The notes under the pieces were generated by a model. It was not told where the DNA came from. It searched no databases and saw nothing but the letters and a program-made list of their open reading frames with translations. A program made the translations under genes and the position numbers. Source: Chrysomallon squamiferum (lineage: Eukaryota > Animalia > Mollusca). Taken from it: a stretch of 64,000 nt of DNA. The stretch spans positions 16,120,001 through 16,184,000 of the forward strand of contig CM022674.1 of NCBI GenBank assembly GCA_012295275.1, in the 5' to 3' direction. This document shows, one piece after another, positions 42,622 through 58,050 of this stretch; the stretch's first letter is position 1; each line of letters starts with the position of its first letter.

Positions 42622-43627
42622 ACAGTGTCTATTAGTAGTACTCTGAAATCTAAACAAAGTAGTAAATTTAAAATATTTATTTCATATCAGTTTTACTTTT
42701 GAAATACAGTAGTGTTATAAATTTATTCAACATTGTTGATAATCCACACAATATCTTTCTGACTTTAACCTGAAATAAGCTTTCAGAAACATGACACCCT
42801 CATTTTCGCCAAGTCACAGTGATAATGTATTAGCTAAACCAGTGATTCACAGAGCGAGGAGATGGCGAATGATTTGGGTCACTACTGCTGGTAAGGAAAA
42901 CTTATACTATATTGTTTTTTGTAGTTTCTGTTGGTTCTTTATTTATTTCACAGTATACAATCAATTCATATTTTTATCTTATTGTTTGACATTTTATCAA
43001 GATGCTGCAAACATGCTAATTGTATTATTTACCTCGTGAAACACGGTCATCTCGACGATGTATCGCAAAAGTGTCATGGCGGACATACGATTCCTGTTAT
43101 ATGACTCATGACAAATATATGACAAATATTTCCCAAATGATTTAATGGAATTTATCATCGATAATTGTGTCTCGAATCTCGGATGATTTGCGATTTTAAA
43201 ATCATAAAAATGGCCATCTGATTTATTTTTCCCAAAAATATTTAGTTTCCAGTTGCTCTTTATCCAATGTGTTATAAAGAATGTCTGCTTGATGGAGAAA
43301 AATAGTGTTATTGCGCGAAGATAGGAAGTTAATTAGTTAATTATTACAGAAAATACACCTACTTTAATTATTAGTTTTGAGTTATTTCCCTTATTTTGTT
43401 TTTTTTTTCTATAAGTCCTTGATCCCTCTCTTTGCATTCTATAAATACATCAATTGCAATTTGTATGTATTATCGAGTAAAAATGATAAAGTAATGCAAG
43501 ATCTCTGTATGACTGGTACAGATTATTTTATTACATAAGTTATTTCCATTGTACCATGACTATATCTAATCAGTCAAGAAGGCACTTTGATCTTATAAAT
43601 TGTCACTCTCCATCTATCTATCTATCC

Positions 43628-43774
<147 letters not shown>

Positions 43775-45298
43775 TATATACGCATATATATACATATATT
43801 AAGATTAAAGTGACAGCGTCATACAAATGTACATACACACACAGACAGACACACACACAATACACTGTGTTATGTGTACAGTGTGGCATCGTTTAAAGAA
43901 CGTGGCAAACATTTAATAACATTATCCGGTGTGAGAGACTGGACTCCTTAATATTAGGAAGGTCAGGACGGTTATCTACATTTTACATTATTGGACGTTG
44001 GTTTAGATGTAATAGCAAATATATATGTTATACAGAGACAAACGCATTATTGCTAGCTGGATTATTTTTTCCAAAAATAACTTGGTAATGATTGAATTAA
44101 AATGTATTCCCAAATTTGTATTTATTTTATTTTATTATTTTTTTTAAATACATTAAACCTTGTTAATGAAATGATTATTTTCTGGACTGTTTGAAACGCA
44201 TCAAAAGCTGAGTCCACATACAAGCCATAGAGGAAAGGGTACAATCATCCATTCAGGCAGGTTTTTTTCTCACTGCAATCGTGTAATAAACTAGTTTAAA
44301 ACTTACATCGAAATCAGTGTTGTCAGTGTCAAGTGAAAAATCATTTCATATTTTCTAAGCTATGCTATGTCACCTGTCATACTAATTATGACGGTTGTTC
44401 TTAAAGTTGCTAATTAATTAAAGCTGGTCACTCAAAATGTACTTGACCTAATAACTAATTGCATAAATCTGACGGTTTTGATAATAAAGTGTCAGGATAT
44501 TTTTTAAACAATGACAGAATGTTTTGTATTTTTCCTTGTTTTATTATTACAATTATTAGATATGCATTTGATTTTAATTCATGGAGCATTTATCCTATAG
44601 TGCATTTCTGCTGGTGGATTTTGTCAGCCTGTGCACTGCGAGATTGGGAGGGCACATGTCCGTATCCAGTTTCTATGACGTTCTTTCTTTCTTTATTAAC
44701 TTATTTGTGTTTATTTATTTATTTATTATTTATTTATTGATTTTACTTTTATTCTTCAGTTAATTTTTTTGGGCAGTTTTCCTTAAAATATTTGTTTTTG
44801 TTGTTGTTTTTTTAAATATAATTTTAACAGGCAGTATAATAACACATTTACTTTTCTTCCTACTACTGTGCCCGTGTGTTCATTCTACTTTAAAGTGTTT
44901 CAGCAGATTAGACGTCAGATTTTAATTTTTTTACTTAAGCCTACTTAATTTAATTCGAAAAACCCTTACTTATGGGAGAAGTAAAAGTAAATTTGAAATA
45001 TTTATTTCATATCAGTTTTACTTTAGAAGTACAGTACTATTATAATTTTATTCAACATTGTTGATAATCCACCCAATATCTTTCTGACTTTAACCTGAAA
45101 TAAGCTTTCAGAAACATGACACTCTTCGGAAATTGAATGACATTTTCGCCAAGTCACAGTGATAATGAATTATCTAAACCAGTGACCTAAAACAAACTGC
45201 CCTTAGTACATAAATACGATTAAACTTGAGAGATGGGCGTGTTAGTCATGTGACTTTTATTCTGAATATAGGTAACAAAATCTGTACCAGAATATCAA

Positions 45299-45367
<69 letters not shown>

Positions 45368-46314
45368 AATAAATAATAAATAAACAGTGTCTGCCCAGAG
45401 TACTCTGAAAGCTACACAGAGTAGCTCACTGCTGGGTGATTAACAGAGCTAGGAGATGGCGAATAAGTTGTGTCACTTCTGCTGGTAAGGAAAACTTAAA
45501 CTATATCGTTTTTTGTAGTTTCTGTTGGTTCTTTATTTATTTCACAGTATACAATCAATTCATATTTTTATCTGATTGTATGAAATGTTATCAAGATGCT
45601 GCAAACATGCTAATGGTATTCTTTACCTCGTGAAACACGGTGATCTCGGCGATGTATCGCTAAAGTGTCATGGCGGACATACAATTCCTGTTGTATGACG
45701 TGTTTGAGTATGGATTATATTAGATTATTTTTCTTAAATTACTTAAGAATCATAGAAAGAATATTTCCGAAATGATTTAATGGTATTTATCATCGATAAC
45801 TGTGTCTCGAATCTCGAATTATTTGCGATTTTAAAATGAAAAAAATGGCCATCTGATTTATTTTATAAAAAATATTTAGTTTCCAGTAGCTCTTTAACCA
45901 ATGTGTTATAAAGAATGTATGCTTGATGGAGAAAAATACTGTTATTGCGCGAAGTTAGGAAGTTAATTAGTTAATTATTATAGAAAATACACCTACTTTA
46001 ATTATTAGTTTTCAGTTATTTCCCTTATATTTTCTTGTTTCAATAAGTCCTTGATCCCTCTCTTTGCATTCTATGAGGATATACATTGTAATTAATTTAT
46101 ATCATCGAGTAAGAATGATAAAGTAAGACAAGGTCTCTGTACGACTGGTACAAATAATGTTATTACACCAGTCATTTGGGTTGTAGCATGACTATACTTA
46201 ATCCGTCAAGTAGTCACTTTGATCTTATACGTTTTCACTGTCTTTATATATATATATATATATATATATGTTTCTATCTATCTATTTATCAATCTATGAA
46301 CGTATGCATATATA

Positions 46315-46367
<53 letters not shown>

Positions 46368-48056
46368 ACATACACACATACATTAATAAGATTGTAGTGA
46401 CAACGTCATACAAATTTACATTCACACACAGACAGACACACAAACAATACACTGTGTTATGTGTACAGTGTGGCATCGTTTCAATAACGTAGCAAACATT
46501 TAATAACATTATCCGGTGTGAGAGACTGGACTCCTTAACATTAGGAAGGTTAGGTCTGTTGTCTACATTTTTCATTATTGGACGCTGGTTTAGATGTAAC
46601 CACAAAAATATATGTACAACAGACAGATAAAGAAATATAGCTCAACAGCGCAAACAAAAACTAAAGATACAGAAAGAACGTGACTAAACAAACGTCAGGT
46701 AGGCCCCTTAGATAAACCATTAGCTTCTATAATCTGTTTTGTAGTTCAAAGGAATCTGTGCATTTTAGAAAAAATTCCTGTATTGAGCGCATTATTGCCA
46801 GCTCGGTGATTTATTCCAAGACTAACTTGTTAAGGACTGAATTAAAATATATTACCCAATTTGTTTTATTTTCTTATTTTTTTGTTTTTTATTATAATTT
46901 TTTTAAATATATTAAACCTAGTTAAAGAAGCGATTAGTTTCTGGCTGTTTGAAACGCATCAAAGGCTGAGTCCACATGCAAGCCAAAGAGGAAAGGGTAC
47001 AATCATCCATTCATGGAGGTTTTTTTCTCACTGGAAACGTGTAATAAATTAATTTAAAACTTACATCGAAATCAGTGTTGTCAGTGTCAAGTGAAAAATC
47101 ATTCATATTGTCCAAGCTATGCTATGTCACCTGACATACTAATTATGTGGATTATTTTTAAAGTTATTCATTCATTAAAGCTCGTCACACCCAATTTACT
47201 TGACCTAATAAATAACTGCATAAATCCCACAATTAACAATAAAGTGAAAGGCAATTTTTTAAACAATGACTGAATGTTATGTCTGTTTTTCCTTTTGTAA
47301 TTATTATAATTATCAGATATACATTTTATTTTAATTCGTGGAGCATTTATCCTATCTTGCATTTCTGTTTGTGGATTTTTCCGCCTATGCACTTTATTAT
47401 TGGGGGGGGGGGCGGCATATGTCCGTGTCCAGATTCTACTTCGTTCTTTCTTTCTTTATTCACTTCTTTGTGTTTGTATATTTATTTCATATTTATTTAT
47501 TTATTTTACTTTTATTCTTCAGTTAATTTTTGTGACGGTTTTGATTAAAATGTGTTTTTGTTTTTAAATATAATTTTAACAGTCAGTATAATAACACATT
47601 TACTTTTCTTCCTACTACTGTGCCCGTTTGTTCATTCCACTTTAAAGTGTTTCAGCAGATTAGACGTCAGATTTTTATTTTTTTACTTAGGCCTACTTAA
47701 TTTAATTAAAAAACCCTTACACATGAGAGAATTAAAAGTAAATTTAAAATATTTATTTCATATCAGTTTTACTTTTGAGGTATAGCAGTATTATAATTTT
47801 ATTCAATATTGTTGATAATCCGCCCAGTATCTTTCTGACTTTAACCTGAAATCATATTTCAGAAACATGACACACTTAGAAAACTGACCGATATTGTAGC
47901 CAACTCTCAGTGATAATGCATTCAGCTAAACCAGTGACGTAGAACAAACCGTCTTTATAAGAAAGTACATAAAGAAGATGAAACCTGAGAGATAGATCTG
48001 TTAGTCACGTGAAATATATTCCGAATGTAGGTAAAAAAATTGTACCAGAACATCAA

Positions 48057-48131
<75 letters not shown>

Positions 48132-49825
48132 AATAAATAAATAAATAAACAGTGTCTGCACGGAGTACTCTGAAAGCTAAACAAAGTAGCTCATTGTGGG
48201 GTGATTAACAGAGCGAGGAGATGGCGAATAAGTTGTGTCACTTCTGCTGGTAAGTAAAACTTATACTATATTGTTTTTTGTAGTTTCTGATGGTTCTTTA
48301 TTTATTTCACAGCGTACAATCAATTCATTCTTTTTTATATTATTGCCTTTGAAAGTTTATCAAGATGCTGCAAACATGCTGATTGTATTTATTATTTATT
48401 TATTTATTTTACTTTTATTCTTCACTTAATTTTTGTGACGGTTTTGATTTAAAAAGTAATTAAATATAATTTTTACACTCACTATAATAACATTTTGACT
48501 TTTCTTCCTACTACTGTGCCCGTTTGTTCATTCGACTTTAAAGTTTTTCAGTAGACTAGATCTCAAATTTTTAGTTTTTTACTGAGGCCTATTTTTTCTC
48601 TAAGGCGTACTTAATTTATTTCGAAAATCCCTTACTCGTGAGAGAAGTAAAAGTAAATTTAAAATATTTATTTCATATCAGTTTTAATTTTGAAGTACAG
48701 TAGTTTTATACTTTTATTCAACATTGTTGATAATCCTTCCAGTATCTTTCTGACTTTAACCTGAAACAAGCTTTCAGAAACATGACACACTCAGAAAAAT
48801 GACTGACATTTCAACAATGTCACATTGATAATGTATTCAGTTAAACAAGTGACCTAGAACAAACTTCCCTTAGAAAGTACAAAAGATTAAACTTGAGATT
48901 CGGGCGTTTTAGTCATGTTACTTTTATTCTGAACATAGGTAACAACTTGTACCAGAACATCAAAATAATAATAATAATAATAATAGTAAAAAACATAAAC
49001 AAATAAACAGTGTCTGCTCGGAGTACTCTGAAAACGACACAAAGTAGCTTCTTGCTGGGTGATTCACAGAGCGAGGAGATGGCGAATAAGTTGTGTCACT
49101 TCTGCTGGTAAAGAAAACTTACACTATATTGTTTTTTTGTAGTTTCTGTTGGTTATATATACAGTCAATTCGTATTTTTATCTTGTTTGAACTTTTATCA
49201 AGATGCTGCAAACATACTAATTGTATTCTTTACCTCGTGAAACAGGGTCATCTCGGCGATGTATCGCTAAAGTGTCATGGCGGACCAACATTCCTGTTAT
49301 ATGACTTGTGCTTGAGGATGGATTATATTGGCTTATTTTTCTTAAATTACTTACATCTTACTTAAGAATTACAGAAAAAGATTTTCCAAATGATGTAATT
49401 GTATTTATCATCGATAATTGTGTCCCGAATCTCGCTTTATTTGCGATTTTAAAATCATAAAAATGGTCATCTGATTTATTTTTCCAAAAAATATTTAGTT
49501 TCCATTAGCTCTTTATCCAAACTGTTGTAAAGAATGTATGCTTGATGGAAGTTAATTAGTTAATTATTACAGAAAATACACCTAGTTTAATTATTATTTT
49601 TGAGTTATTTCCCTTATATTTTGTGTTTTCTATAAGTCATTGATCCCTGTCTCTGCATTCTATAAGTATATGAATTGTAATTTGTGTATATTATTGAGTA
49701 AAAATGATAAAGTAATACAAGGTCTCTGTATGACTGGTACAAATTATTTTATTACTCCAGTCATTTCGATTGTACTTGACAATACTTAATCAGACAAGTA
49801 GTCACCATGATCTTATAAATTGTCA

Positions 49826-49969
<144 letters not shown>

Positions 49970-50851
49970 CTATATATATATATAAAAACTAAAGATACAG
50001 AAAGAACGTGACGAAGCTAAGGTCAGGTAGGTCCTTTAGATAAACAATCAGCTGTTACAGTCTGTATTGTAGTTCAAAGGAATGTGTGAATTGCAGAAAT
50101 AATTCCTATATTGAAAGCATTATTGCCAGCTCGGTGATTTATTCCAAAACTATCTTGGCAAGGATTGGTTTTAAATGTATTTCCAAATGTTTTTTTAATT
50201 TTTTTTAATTTTTTAATTTTTTTAAATATATTAAGCCTAGTTAATGAAGCGATTAGTTTCTGCACTCTTTAAGATGCATCAAAGGCTGAGTCCACATGTA
50301 AACCATAGAGGAAAGGGTACAATCATCCATTCATGGAGGTTTTTTCTCACTGCAATCGTTTAATAAATTAATTTGAAACTTACATCGAAATCAATGTTTT
50401 CAGTGTCAAGTGAAAAATCATTTCATATTTTCTAAGCTGTACTATGTCACCTCTCTATGACTAATTATGACGGTTGTTTTTAAAGTTATTCATTCATTAA
50501 AGCTCGTCACACCCAATTTACTTGACCTAATAAATAATTGCATAAATCCCACACTTTTGATAATAAAGTGTCAGGCAATTTTTTAGACAATGACAGAATC
50601 TTTTGTCTTTTCCCCTTTTTTTATTATTATAATTATTAGTTATACATTTTATTTTAATTCGTGAAGCATTTATCCTATCTTGCATTTCTACTGGTGGTGT
50701 TTGTCCCCCTTGCACTTTTAGATTTGGAGGGCATATGTCCGTATCAAGTTTCTATTTCGTTCTTTTTCTTTATCATTTTTTTTTGTGTTTGTATATTTAT
50801 TTATTTTACTTTTATTCTTCAGTTAATTATTGTGACGGCTTTGATTAAAAT

Positions 50852-50882
<31 letters not shown>

Positions 50883-51301
50883 ACTTTAACAGTCACTATA
50901 ATAACACATTTACTTTTCTTCCTACTACTGTGCCCGTTTGTTCATTCCAGTTTAAAGAGTTTCTGCAGATTTGACGTCAGATTTTAATTTTTTTACTGAG
51001 GCCTACTTAATTTAATTCGAAAAACCCTTACACATGAGAAAAGCAAAAGTAAATTTAAAATATTTATTTCATATCATTTTCCTTTTGAAATACAGTACTA
51101 TTATAATTGTATTCAACATTGTTGATAATCTGTCCAATATCTTTCTGACTTTAACCTGAAATAAGCTTTCAGAAACATGACGAACTTCAGTGATAATGTA
51201 TTGATAAACCAGTGAACTAGAACAAACTGAGAGATTGGCGTGTTAGTCATGTGAATTTTATTCCGAATATAGGCAACAATTTGTTCCAGAACATCATCAT
51301 C

Positions 51302-51356
<55 letters not shown>

Positions 51357-51883
51357 TTATAATACTAAATAAATAAATAAATAAAATAATAAATAAACAG
51401 TGTCTGCCCGGAGTACTCTGAAAGCTACACAAAGTAGCTCATTGCTGGGTGATTAACAGAGCGAGAAGATGGCGAATAAGTTGTGTCACTTCTGCTGGTA
51501 AGGAAAACATACTGTATTGTATTATGTACTTAGGCCTACTTAATTTAATTAAAAACCCTTACACATGAGAGAATTAGAAGTAAATTTAAAATATTTATTT
51601 CATATCATTTATACTTATGACGTGCAGTAGTGTTATAATTGTATTCAACATTGTTCATAATCCACACAATATCGTTCTGACTTTAACCTGATATCAGCTT
51701 TTGGAAACACAACACACTGAGAAAACGTTTTCGCCAAGTTACAATGACAATGTATTGAGATAAAACACTGACCTAGAACAAAGAGCTTTTAGAAGAAAGT
51801 ACATAAACAAGATTAACCTTGGGCGTGTTAGTCAGGTGACTTATATTCCGAATGAAGGTAAAAGAAATTGTACCAGAACATCG

Positions 51884-51925
<42 letters not shown>

Positions 51926-51930
51926 ACAAC

Positions 51931-52055
<125 letters not shown>

Positions 52056-52262
52056 TGTACAACACAAAAACTAAATCTTCAGAAAAAAAGTGACTAAACT
52101 AACGTCACGTAGGCCCTTTAGATAAACAATTAGCTGGTATAATCTGTATTGTAGTTCAAAGGAATCTGTGTATATGAGAAATAATTCTTTGATTGAACGC
52201 ATTATTGGTAGCTCGATGATTTATTCCAAGACTAACTTGGCAAGGACTGAATTAAAATGTAA

Positions 52263-53320
52263 CCAGTTTTTGCCCACTCAGTAGTCTTAGAGAACAATAA
52301 AAAAGTACAGTGAGTTATGAACATGTTTAATTCTAGTGTTTCTTAACCAAGCATTAACAAATTGAATTAATAACAACAACAACAGTAACAGTAATTGTAT
52401 TTCACACACCTGTAGTTTACCTTTCTATGTCTTAATTAAATTGTAATCCCACATGCGTGTACATAAACTAGATGACCCTCTACTAAAACAGTAGACACAA
52501 GAGAATTGTCTTTCTAAATAGCTATTTGGATTTTCTCGCTATCTAGGTATCTGCATTTTTTGGCCCAAAAATATGAAATTATTTTATCACGACAATTTAA
52601 TGTAACAACAATTTTGACACAAAAAATCTTCCAAGATTTCATCCTGTCTCTTCTAATTATAACTCTCAGTTTTTAAGAGTTTGGATTTTGTTGTTCTGTG
52701 GTTGTTCTAGGAAAGAAAATGTTTTTTTTTTATTGTATTAATTTTTTTTAATTTTTTTTTTCTAAATGAACAATAGCACACATTTTAATAATTTGAAATA
52801 TTTTGTTTTATTCTACTGACAAGACTGAAAAGTTATATGATCAGTTACAACAACTGCTTTAACATACAATTGCAAGAATCTAAAGATGAGATACATTGAA
52901 TTATAAATAAGTAATTGTTTTGAGCGTAATATATCGATGTGCATAGGTAATTGTGCAGTGAGTGTTAAACAACAGATAATGGAAGCGATGAGTAATTCAG
53001 TAAATTATTTATAAAAGAGAATTCATCTCGGTATGTGTGGTTAATCTTAAATTTATGTCCTCAATTGACAACATATATTCACTCAAATGTTTTATTAAGA
53101 ATTTTTGTTTTCACGATGTTCAGCTATGACAAGGTTATACATCCACTTTCAGATGTCAAACTTGTGAAATCATCTCATGTTTTCAGTCAGAATACAGGTA
53201 GACATGTTATCTCAATAACTTGTGCACAGATAAAACTATCATGTGACTGAAACAAATCTGGTATATTACAAATACACTAGTAAATAGAGCTGAACTATCT
53301 TTTTTTAAAGTATGACTTTT
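52263..53320. repeat. ~1.05-kb direct duplication, second copy at ~59001-60050, partial third at ~60445-60545
   Basis: Colinear from ctcagtagtcttagagaacaa through acatgcgtgtacataaactagatgaccc to taaaactatcatgtgactgaaacaa..cactagtaaatagagctga. Confidence 0.9.
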
Positions 53321-53723
53321 TACTGTACATTAGACGTCACACTTTTATTTATTTTTTACTTAGGCCTACTTAATTTAATTCGAAAAGCACTTAGACATGG
53401 GGGAAGTAAAAGTAAATTTAAATATTTATTTCATATCTGTTTTACTTTTGAAGTACAGTAGTATTATAATTTTATTCAACGTTGTTGATAATTCACCCAA
53501 TATCTTTCTGACTTTAACCTGAAATCAGCTTTCACAAACATGACACTCTTCGGAAATTGAATGACATTTTCGCCAAGTCACAGTGATAATGTATTAGCTA
53601 AACCAGTGACCTAGAGCAAATTGCCCTTAGTACATAAAGAAGATTAAACTTGAGAAATGGGCGTGTTAGTCATGTGACTTTTATTCCGACTATAGGTAAC
53701 GATTTGTACCAGAACATCAGAAT

Positions 53724-53810
<87 letters not shown>

Positions 53811-54326
53811 AATAAATAAATAAAAAATAAATAAACAGTGTCTGCACGGAGTACTCTGAAAGCTAAACAAAGTAGCTCATTGTGTGTGTTTGACAGAGCA
53901 AGGAGATGGCAAAGATTTGGTTTACTAATTGTATTCTTTGCCTCGTTAAACACGGTAATCTCGGCGATGTATCGCTAAAGTGTCATGGCGGACCAGAATT
54001 CCTGTTATATAACTTGTGTTTGAGGATGAATAATATTGGCGTATTCTTCTTAAATTATTTACATCTTACTTAAGAATCACAGAAAAATATGTCCCAAATG
54101 ATTTAATGGTATTTATCATAAATAATTGTGTGTCGAATGTCGGATGATTTGCAATTTTATGTAGTAATCGCATTATTCATGTGACAGGAAGTTGGATACC
54201 CAGCAAGATACACAGACATTCTTCATTTAGTTTTTTAATTTGTTTTCAGAGCTCACTTTAGGGTTTAGAAATGTTTCCTAACATTACTAGATAAGTACGT
54301 AATCATATACACATTACTATTATTAC

Positions 54327-54357
<31 letters not shown>

Positions 54358-54889
54358 TTTTTTTTTTTTTTTTTTTTATTTTTTTTTTTTGACAGGGATG
54401 ACATTTGTCCGTATCCAGTTTCTATTTCTTTCTTTGTTTTATTTTTTATTTGTTTTATTTATTATATATTTTTTAATTTAATTTTAGCCACGTTACTTCG
54501 GGAATGTATTCAGCTAAACCAGTGAGCTAGAACAATTATTCTATTTTTGTGTATTTTAAATTAAATGTAATTTGTTATTATTAATACCATTTAACATTAT
54601 GATATTGATAACAATAATTGTGTTACATTTTCGTATTGATAATAATTATGATGTAATAATTATTCTACATTTTAAATCAAATGGAATTTGTTACTATAAT
54701 TAGTATTCATATTTGGTTATCAATACTAATTATCTTTAAGGATTATTAATTTTCATTTAAATGTTTGTGATTAGTTATGAGCGAAATTAACTTCTACATT
54801 TAATGGGAGAGTGTACCCAGCACAGGCATGATTGATCATTGAGAATGAAGAATCATTACAAACTGTTTTTTCATTATCTTTTTAATAAT

Positions 54890-56510
54890 TTTATCCCTAA
54901 CATTAACCCTAACCCTAATTCAAACTCTATTCCTAACACGAAGCCTAATCCTAACGAAGAGGTTAAACTTAATTATAATGCTAACACTAGTATTAACCGT
55001 GATAATAAAACTATCATAAGATTCCTAAATAAACTTTAAATAACACTCACCCTAACTGTAGCCCTACCTCAAATTATTTTCCACACTGCCATAACACTCG
55101 TATAAAATTTAAATAACCCTCAACTTCTGGACCTAATCCTACTCATGTCCAAAACGTTCATTCTTACACTAAGCTAGTTCCAATCGTCACCTTCAAATTA
55201 TTTAACACATTGCCATACCACTCATAATACAATTTAAATAATCCTAGCTGTAATCCTAACCCTAACCCTGATCCTAACCTAACCCAGCCTCTAGTCCTAA
55301 CTCTAAACCTAACCCCTTTGAAGTCGTTAAACTTATTTATAATGCTAGCTCTAGTACTAATCCTGATAATAAAACTGTTTTGCAGATTATCATGACTCAT
55401 AATAAAATTTAAGTAACACTCACTCTAACCCTAACTCTAACCCTAACCGTAACCCTAACCCTAACTCTAATCGTAACCCTAACCCTAGCGCTAGTTCAAC
55501 TTCTAAACATAATCCTACCCAAGTCCATAACATTAATTATTTCCCTTATGCTACTTCCAGTTGTGATCCTTAGGTTCTTTTGCACACTAACTTAACACTG
55601 ATAATAACATTTAAAAACCTAACTCCAGCCGTAACCCTAACGAAGTAATTAAACTTAATTCTAATGCAAACCCTAGTACTAAACCTGATAATAAAACTGT
55701 TTTGCAGATTATCATGACTCATAATAAAATTTAACTAACTCTCTCTCTAACCCTAGCGCTAACCCAAACGTTAATCCTAACCCAAACATTAGCTAAACTT
55801 TTAAACCTACCCAAGTCCCCAACATTAATTATTGCCCTATCGCTATTTCCAATCATGACCCTCAAATTCTTTTGTATACTATCTTAACACTCATAATAAT
55901 ATTTAAAAACCCTAACTCTAACCGTAACCGTAAACCTAACCCTAGCTCAACATCTATACCTGAACCTACCAAAGTCACTTAAATACTTTTGCACATTACC
56001 ATAACACTCAGAATAATATTTAAATAACCCAAGCTGTAATCCCAGCCCTAACTCTAACCCTAACTCTAACCATCACCCTAACGCTAACCCTAAGCCTAAC
56101 CATAACTCAACTTCTGAACATAATCCTACTCATGTCCCCAACATTCATTCTTACACAAAGGCTAGTTCCAATCGTGACCCTCAAATTATATTGCACATTA
56201 CCATAACACTCATAATAAAATTTAAATAACCCTAACTCCCTAACTCTAACCCTAACCTCAACCCTAACCCTAACCCAGATTCTATCGTTAACTCTGAACC
56301 TAACGCTAACGAAGTCGTTAAACTTAAGTCTAATGCTAACACTAGTACTAACCCTGATAGTAAAAGTGTTTTGCAGATTATCATAAGATTCATAATAAAC
56401 TTTAGCCTAACCCTAACCCTAACCCTAGCTCAACTTCTAAACGTCATCCCACGGAATTAATTCTTATCCTAGCGCTACTTCCAATCACGAGCCTCGAATT
56501 ATTTTGCATA
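54890..56510 (+). repeat. Telomere-like CCCTAA-rich minisatellite with recurring spacers
   Basis: Many CCCTAA/CTCTAA/CCGTAA hexamers interleaved with repeated spacers such as gaagtcgttaaactta..aatgcta..ctagtacta..cctgataataaaactgttttgcagattatcatgactcataataaa. Confidence 0.88.
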
Positions 56511-56794
56511 TCAGTTTTATTTTTGAAGTACAGTCCTATTATAATTTTGTTCAACATTGTTGATAATCCACCCAATATCTTTCTGACTTTAACCTGAAAT
56601 CAGCTTTCAGAAACGTGACGCACTTAGAAAATAGACTGACATTTTCGCCAAGTTACAATGATAATGGATTCAGGTAAACCAGTGAGCGAGAACAAACTGC
56701 TCTTACTACATAAAGAAGATTGAACTTGAGAGAATGGCGTGTTTATCACACGACTTTTATTCCAATATAGGTAAAAAATTGTACCAGAAACCAA

Positions 56795-56898
<104 letters not shown>

Positions 56899-57487
56899 AC
56901 AGTGTATGCCCGGTCTAGTCTGAAAGCTAAACAAAATATGTTCTTGCTGGGTGATTGACAGAGCGAGAAGATGGCAAAGATTTGGGTTTCAATTACTCGT
57001 AAGGAAAACTTATACTATATTGTTTTTTGTAGTTTCTTTTTCTTGTTATTTATTTCACAGCATAAAGTCTATTCGTCTTTATGTCTTATTGTGCTTGAAT
57101 TTTTTTTTAAGATGGTGCAAACATAAGGTCATTTTGGCGTGGTATCGCTGAAGTGTTATGGCGGACCAAGATTCCTGTTACATGACTCATGTTTGAGGAT
57201 GAATTATTTTGGCTTATTCTTCTTGAATTACTTACATCTTACATACTAATGATAGAAAAAGATATTCCAAATGATTTAAACGTATTTATCATCCATAATT
57301 GTGTGTCGAATGTCGGATGATTTGCGATTTTAAGAACTAGCGGTATTGTTAATGTTACAGCATGTTGCACACACAGCAAGACATACAAACATTGTTTATT
57401 TAGTTTTTTAATTTGTTTTGACAGCTCACATTACGTTTAACATATGTTTCCTAACAACCTTACAAGATAAATACGTAATCATACACA

Positions 57488-57584
<97 letters not shown>

Positions 57585-58013
57585 TACACTGGTAGGGCAT
57601 TTGTCCGCATCCAGTTTCTCTTTCGTTCTTTGTTTGTTTATTTATTATTTCATTATTTATTTTACTTGTATTCATCAGTTTTTGTGGCAGTTTTGATTAA
57701 AACATTTTTTTAAATTTAATTTTAACAGTCAATATAATAACAGGGTTATTCTCTTCCTACGACTGTGCCCGTTTGTTTATTCCACCTTAAAGTGTTTCAG
57801 TTAGACGTCAATTTTTTTATCTTATTGCTTGTCCCAAATGATTTAATGGTATTCGTCATCCATAACTGTGTGTCGGATGATGTATTGTTTGGGATTATAA
57901 GTAGTAGTAGCATTGTTCATGTTCCAGCATGTTGTACATACAGCAAAACAGACAGACATTGTTTATTTTGTTGTTTAATAAGCATTTCTTAACAACTTTA
58001 CTAGATAAATGCA

Positions 58014-58050
<37 letters not shown>

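Noticed and set aside
43882-47135. Exon-like pieces in the long array units (e.g. SLDNMNDFSLDTDNTDFD on minus, [11 protein letters not shown] on plus)
   Set aside because: Stops and indels differ between copies and no family is recognisable.
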